From: Carcharhinus amblyrhynchos
Taxonomy: Eukaryota
Assembly (NCBI GenBank): GCA_965287045.1
Contig: OZ336890.1
Location: 20,708,001-20,772,000, forward strand
Length of the DNA: 64,000 nucleotides
Reading direction: 5' to 3'
Each line of letters starts with the position of its first letter. The first letter of the stretch is position 1. Position numbers and translations under genes: made by a program. Shown here one piece after another: positions 62,365-64,000 of the stretch. The notes beneath the pieces are model-generated. The model ran no database searches and was not told where the DNA came from. It saw only the letters and a list, made by a program, of their open reading frames with translations.

Positions 62365-63442
62365 CCCACCTTCAATCATGAGAGCTCCCATGGAGCAGTT
62401 GACCAGTCAATCCTATAAAGCTACTCTTCACACACAGTTAGCAGGAACTTGTGCCTCTCCCTGTTGACTTGCTGTTTCAAATGGGTCAGAAGTCAGCCTG
62501 CAGCATTAAATAGGAGTTAAAGTACACTGGCCTTCATTTCTGAAGCAGGGGTTGAGTTTTGAACAAATATCAAAACTCATCTACCATAAAGTAGGACCGT
62601 AATCAGGGCCAAACATGTCTTTTCCCGGCAATTATTACACAACACACTTTCCCAGCTTGGTTGAGTACACATAAAGCTGTCTAACAGAACCTGCAATGAT
62701 AAAATCCATCCAACATTCAGCTAAGCATGCCTAAGGCTTAACTGCATTTAAGAGTAATTAATCCGGACATTTTTATGAGGATCAGTCAATCCAGTACAGG
62801 TGCAGTTGTGGTTGAATCAGCACTAATACTGAACCAGTTCTCTTTAACTCTCTCTACTCGTGTAGCCTTACTGCTCCGAGTTAAAGGAAAACAGTGAGAA
62901 AAGTGATCTTTCAACCATTTTCTAGTTTAAGTAACCCTAATGCTGATCAGTTTACACCAGCGGAAAATGACTTCTGTCAGCAAGAGTATGTTATTAGAGC
63001 GGCTGTAAAAGCTGTTGAATGGCTGTTTATCAGTTCAAAAGGCACATGGTAGGACATGTGGCAGACTCTTTGGAGCCTAGACCATTGACCTTCAATTGAT
63101 TAGAGGAGAGGGAGACCCATCTGACACCTTGTTAGAGGTTCATAGGTCATGTGACTCTTCCTTCACCTTTCTGAACTCCAGCCTTTAACCCTTTAGGAAC
63201 AACTGCACGGTTTGTTTGAGGGGATTTGTGTGAAGGGATGAAGGGATTTTCCTGTAACTCATTGCATTTTAATTTCAGCTTTCATAATCAGCACTAGAAA
63301 TGCATGCCAAATTGTGATGGAGTATGTATGAAATAAAAGCATTGACAATCAGCATTTCAAAGGATCAAATTCTATCAGAGAAATTGCAAATGTTGTTCAA
63401 CGCAACATTATATTTATATAATGCCTTTAACATGAATGCAGT

Positions 63443-63578
63443 GGGTGAGATTTTTTGGCCATTAATGCCAGCAGCATTTTCTGATCCTGCTGCAGTGAAT
63501 GGACATTTGACTGAGTGCCAAATTTTCCATCCTCACTGGCAGCAGCAGTGGGGCGTGAACAGTCGGAGAATTCCGGCC
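63443..63578. mobile_element. Harbinger-like MITE inside an L2 3' end (minus, about 63400-63735)
   Basis: gggtgagattttttggcc / gtcggagaattccggcc. Confidence 0.6.
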
Positions 63579-63734
63579 AATGTCTCAGGTTGCTACGCAT
63601 AAGCATTGTGAAGCAACATTAGACACCAAACCACACAAGGTGCTAATAGGGCAGATGGTCAAAACTTGGTCAAAGAGGTAGGATTTAAAGAGAAGGCCTA
63701 AAGGAAGACCAGTAGAGAGAAGGTTAGGGAGGGA

Positions 63735-64000
63735 ATGGATCTGAATACTTGGAGCATTTATGATATGGTGGACAAATTATCAGAGCAAATGGAAATAAAT
63801 GGGTATAATATGATTATGATTGCAGAGACATGGATACAGGATGATCAAGGCTAGGAACTGTATACCCGAGGGTATTCCATATTTAGGAAAGACAGGCAGA
63901 TAGGAAAAAGAGATGGAATGGCCTTGATGTTAAGGATGAAATCAATACCACAGTGAGAGAGGATATCAGCTCAGAAAATCTAGATATAGAATGAGTCTGG
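63735..64000 (+). mobile_element. CR1 ORF2 APE-endonuclease N-terminus (decayed, runs off the window)
   Basis: LNTWSI...DKL...EINGY..I.IAETWIQDDQG*EL...GYSIFRKDR..GK..G.AL. Confidence 0.85.

Overview
Repeat-dense vertebrate DNA, almost certainly from a shark: it carries HE1/V-SINEs, Deu-type SINEs, CR1, L2 and Rex1 LINEs, Penelope-like elements (PLEs), PIF/Harbinger remnants and solo LTRs. I found no convincing host protein-coding exon. The recognisable ORFs are transposon fragments or SINE read-throughs. Repeat-poor, motif-rich islands suggest a large intron or regulatory gene desert. The most notable observations are four. (1) A family of PLE pseudo-LTRs carries minimal type-I hammerhead ribozyme cores, with a replaced but still paired stem II. 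These units occur as small solo or palindromic insertions with their own target-site duplications (TSDs). (2) An old, deleted LTR-gag-env-LTR provirus-like structure lies on the minus strand (about 1843-10592), with an in-frame 24-bp repeat in its gag-like region. (3) One V-SINE body carries two different 3' tails, and a SINE and a LINE share a 3' end. (4) A near-identical young CR1 subfamily is present in several copies. Family names come from recalled motifs, not database searches, and repeat boundaries are approximate.
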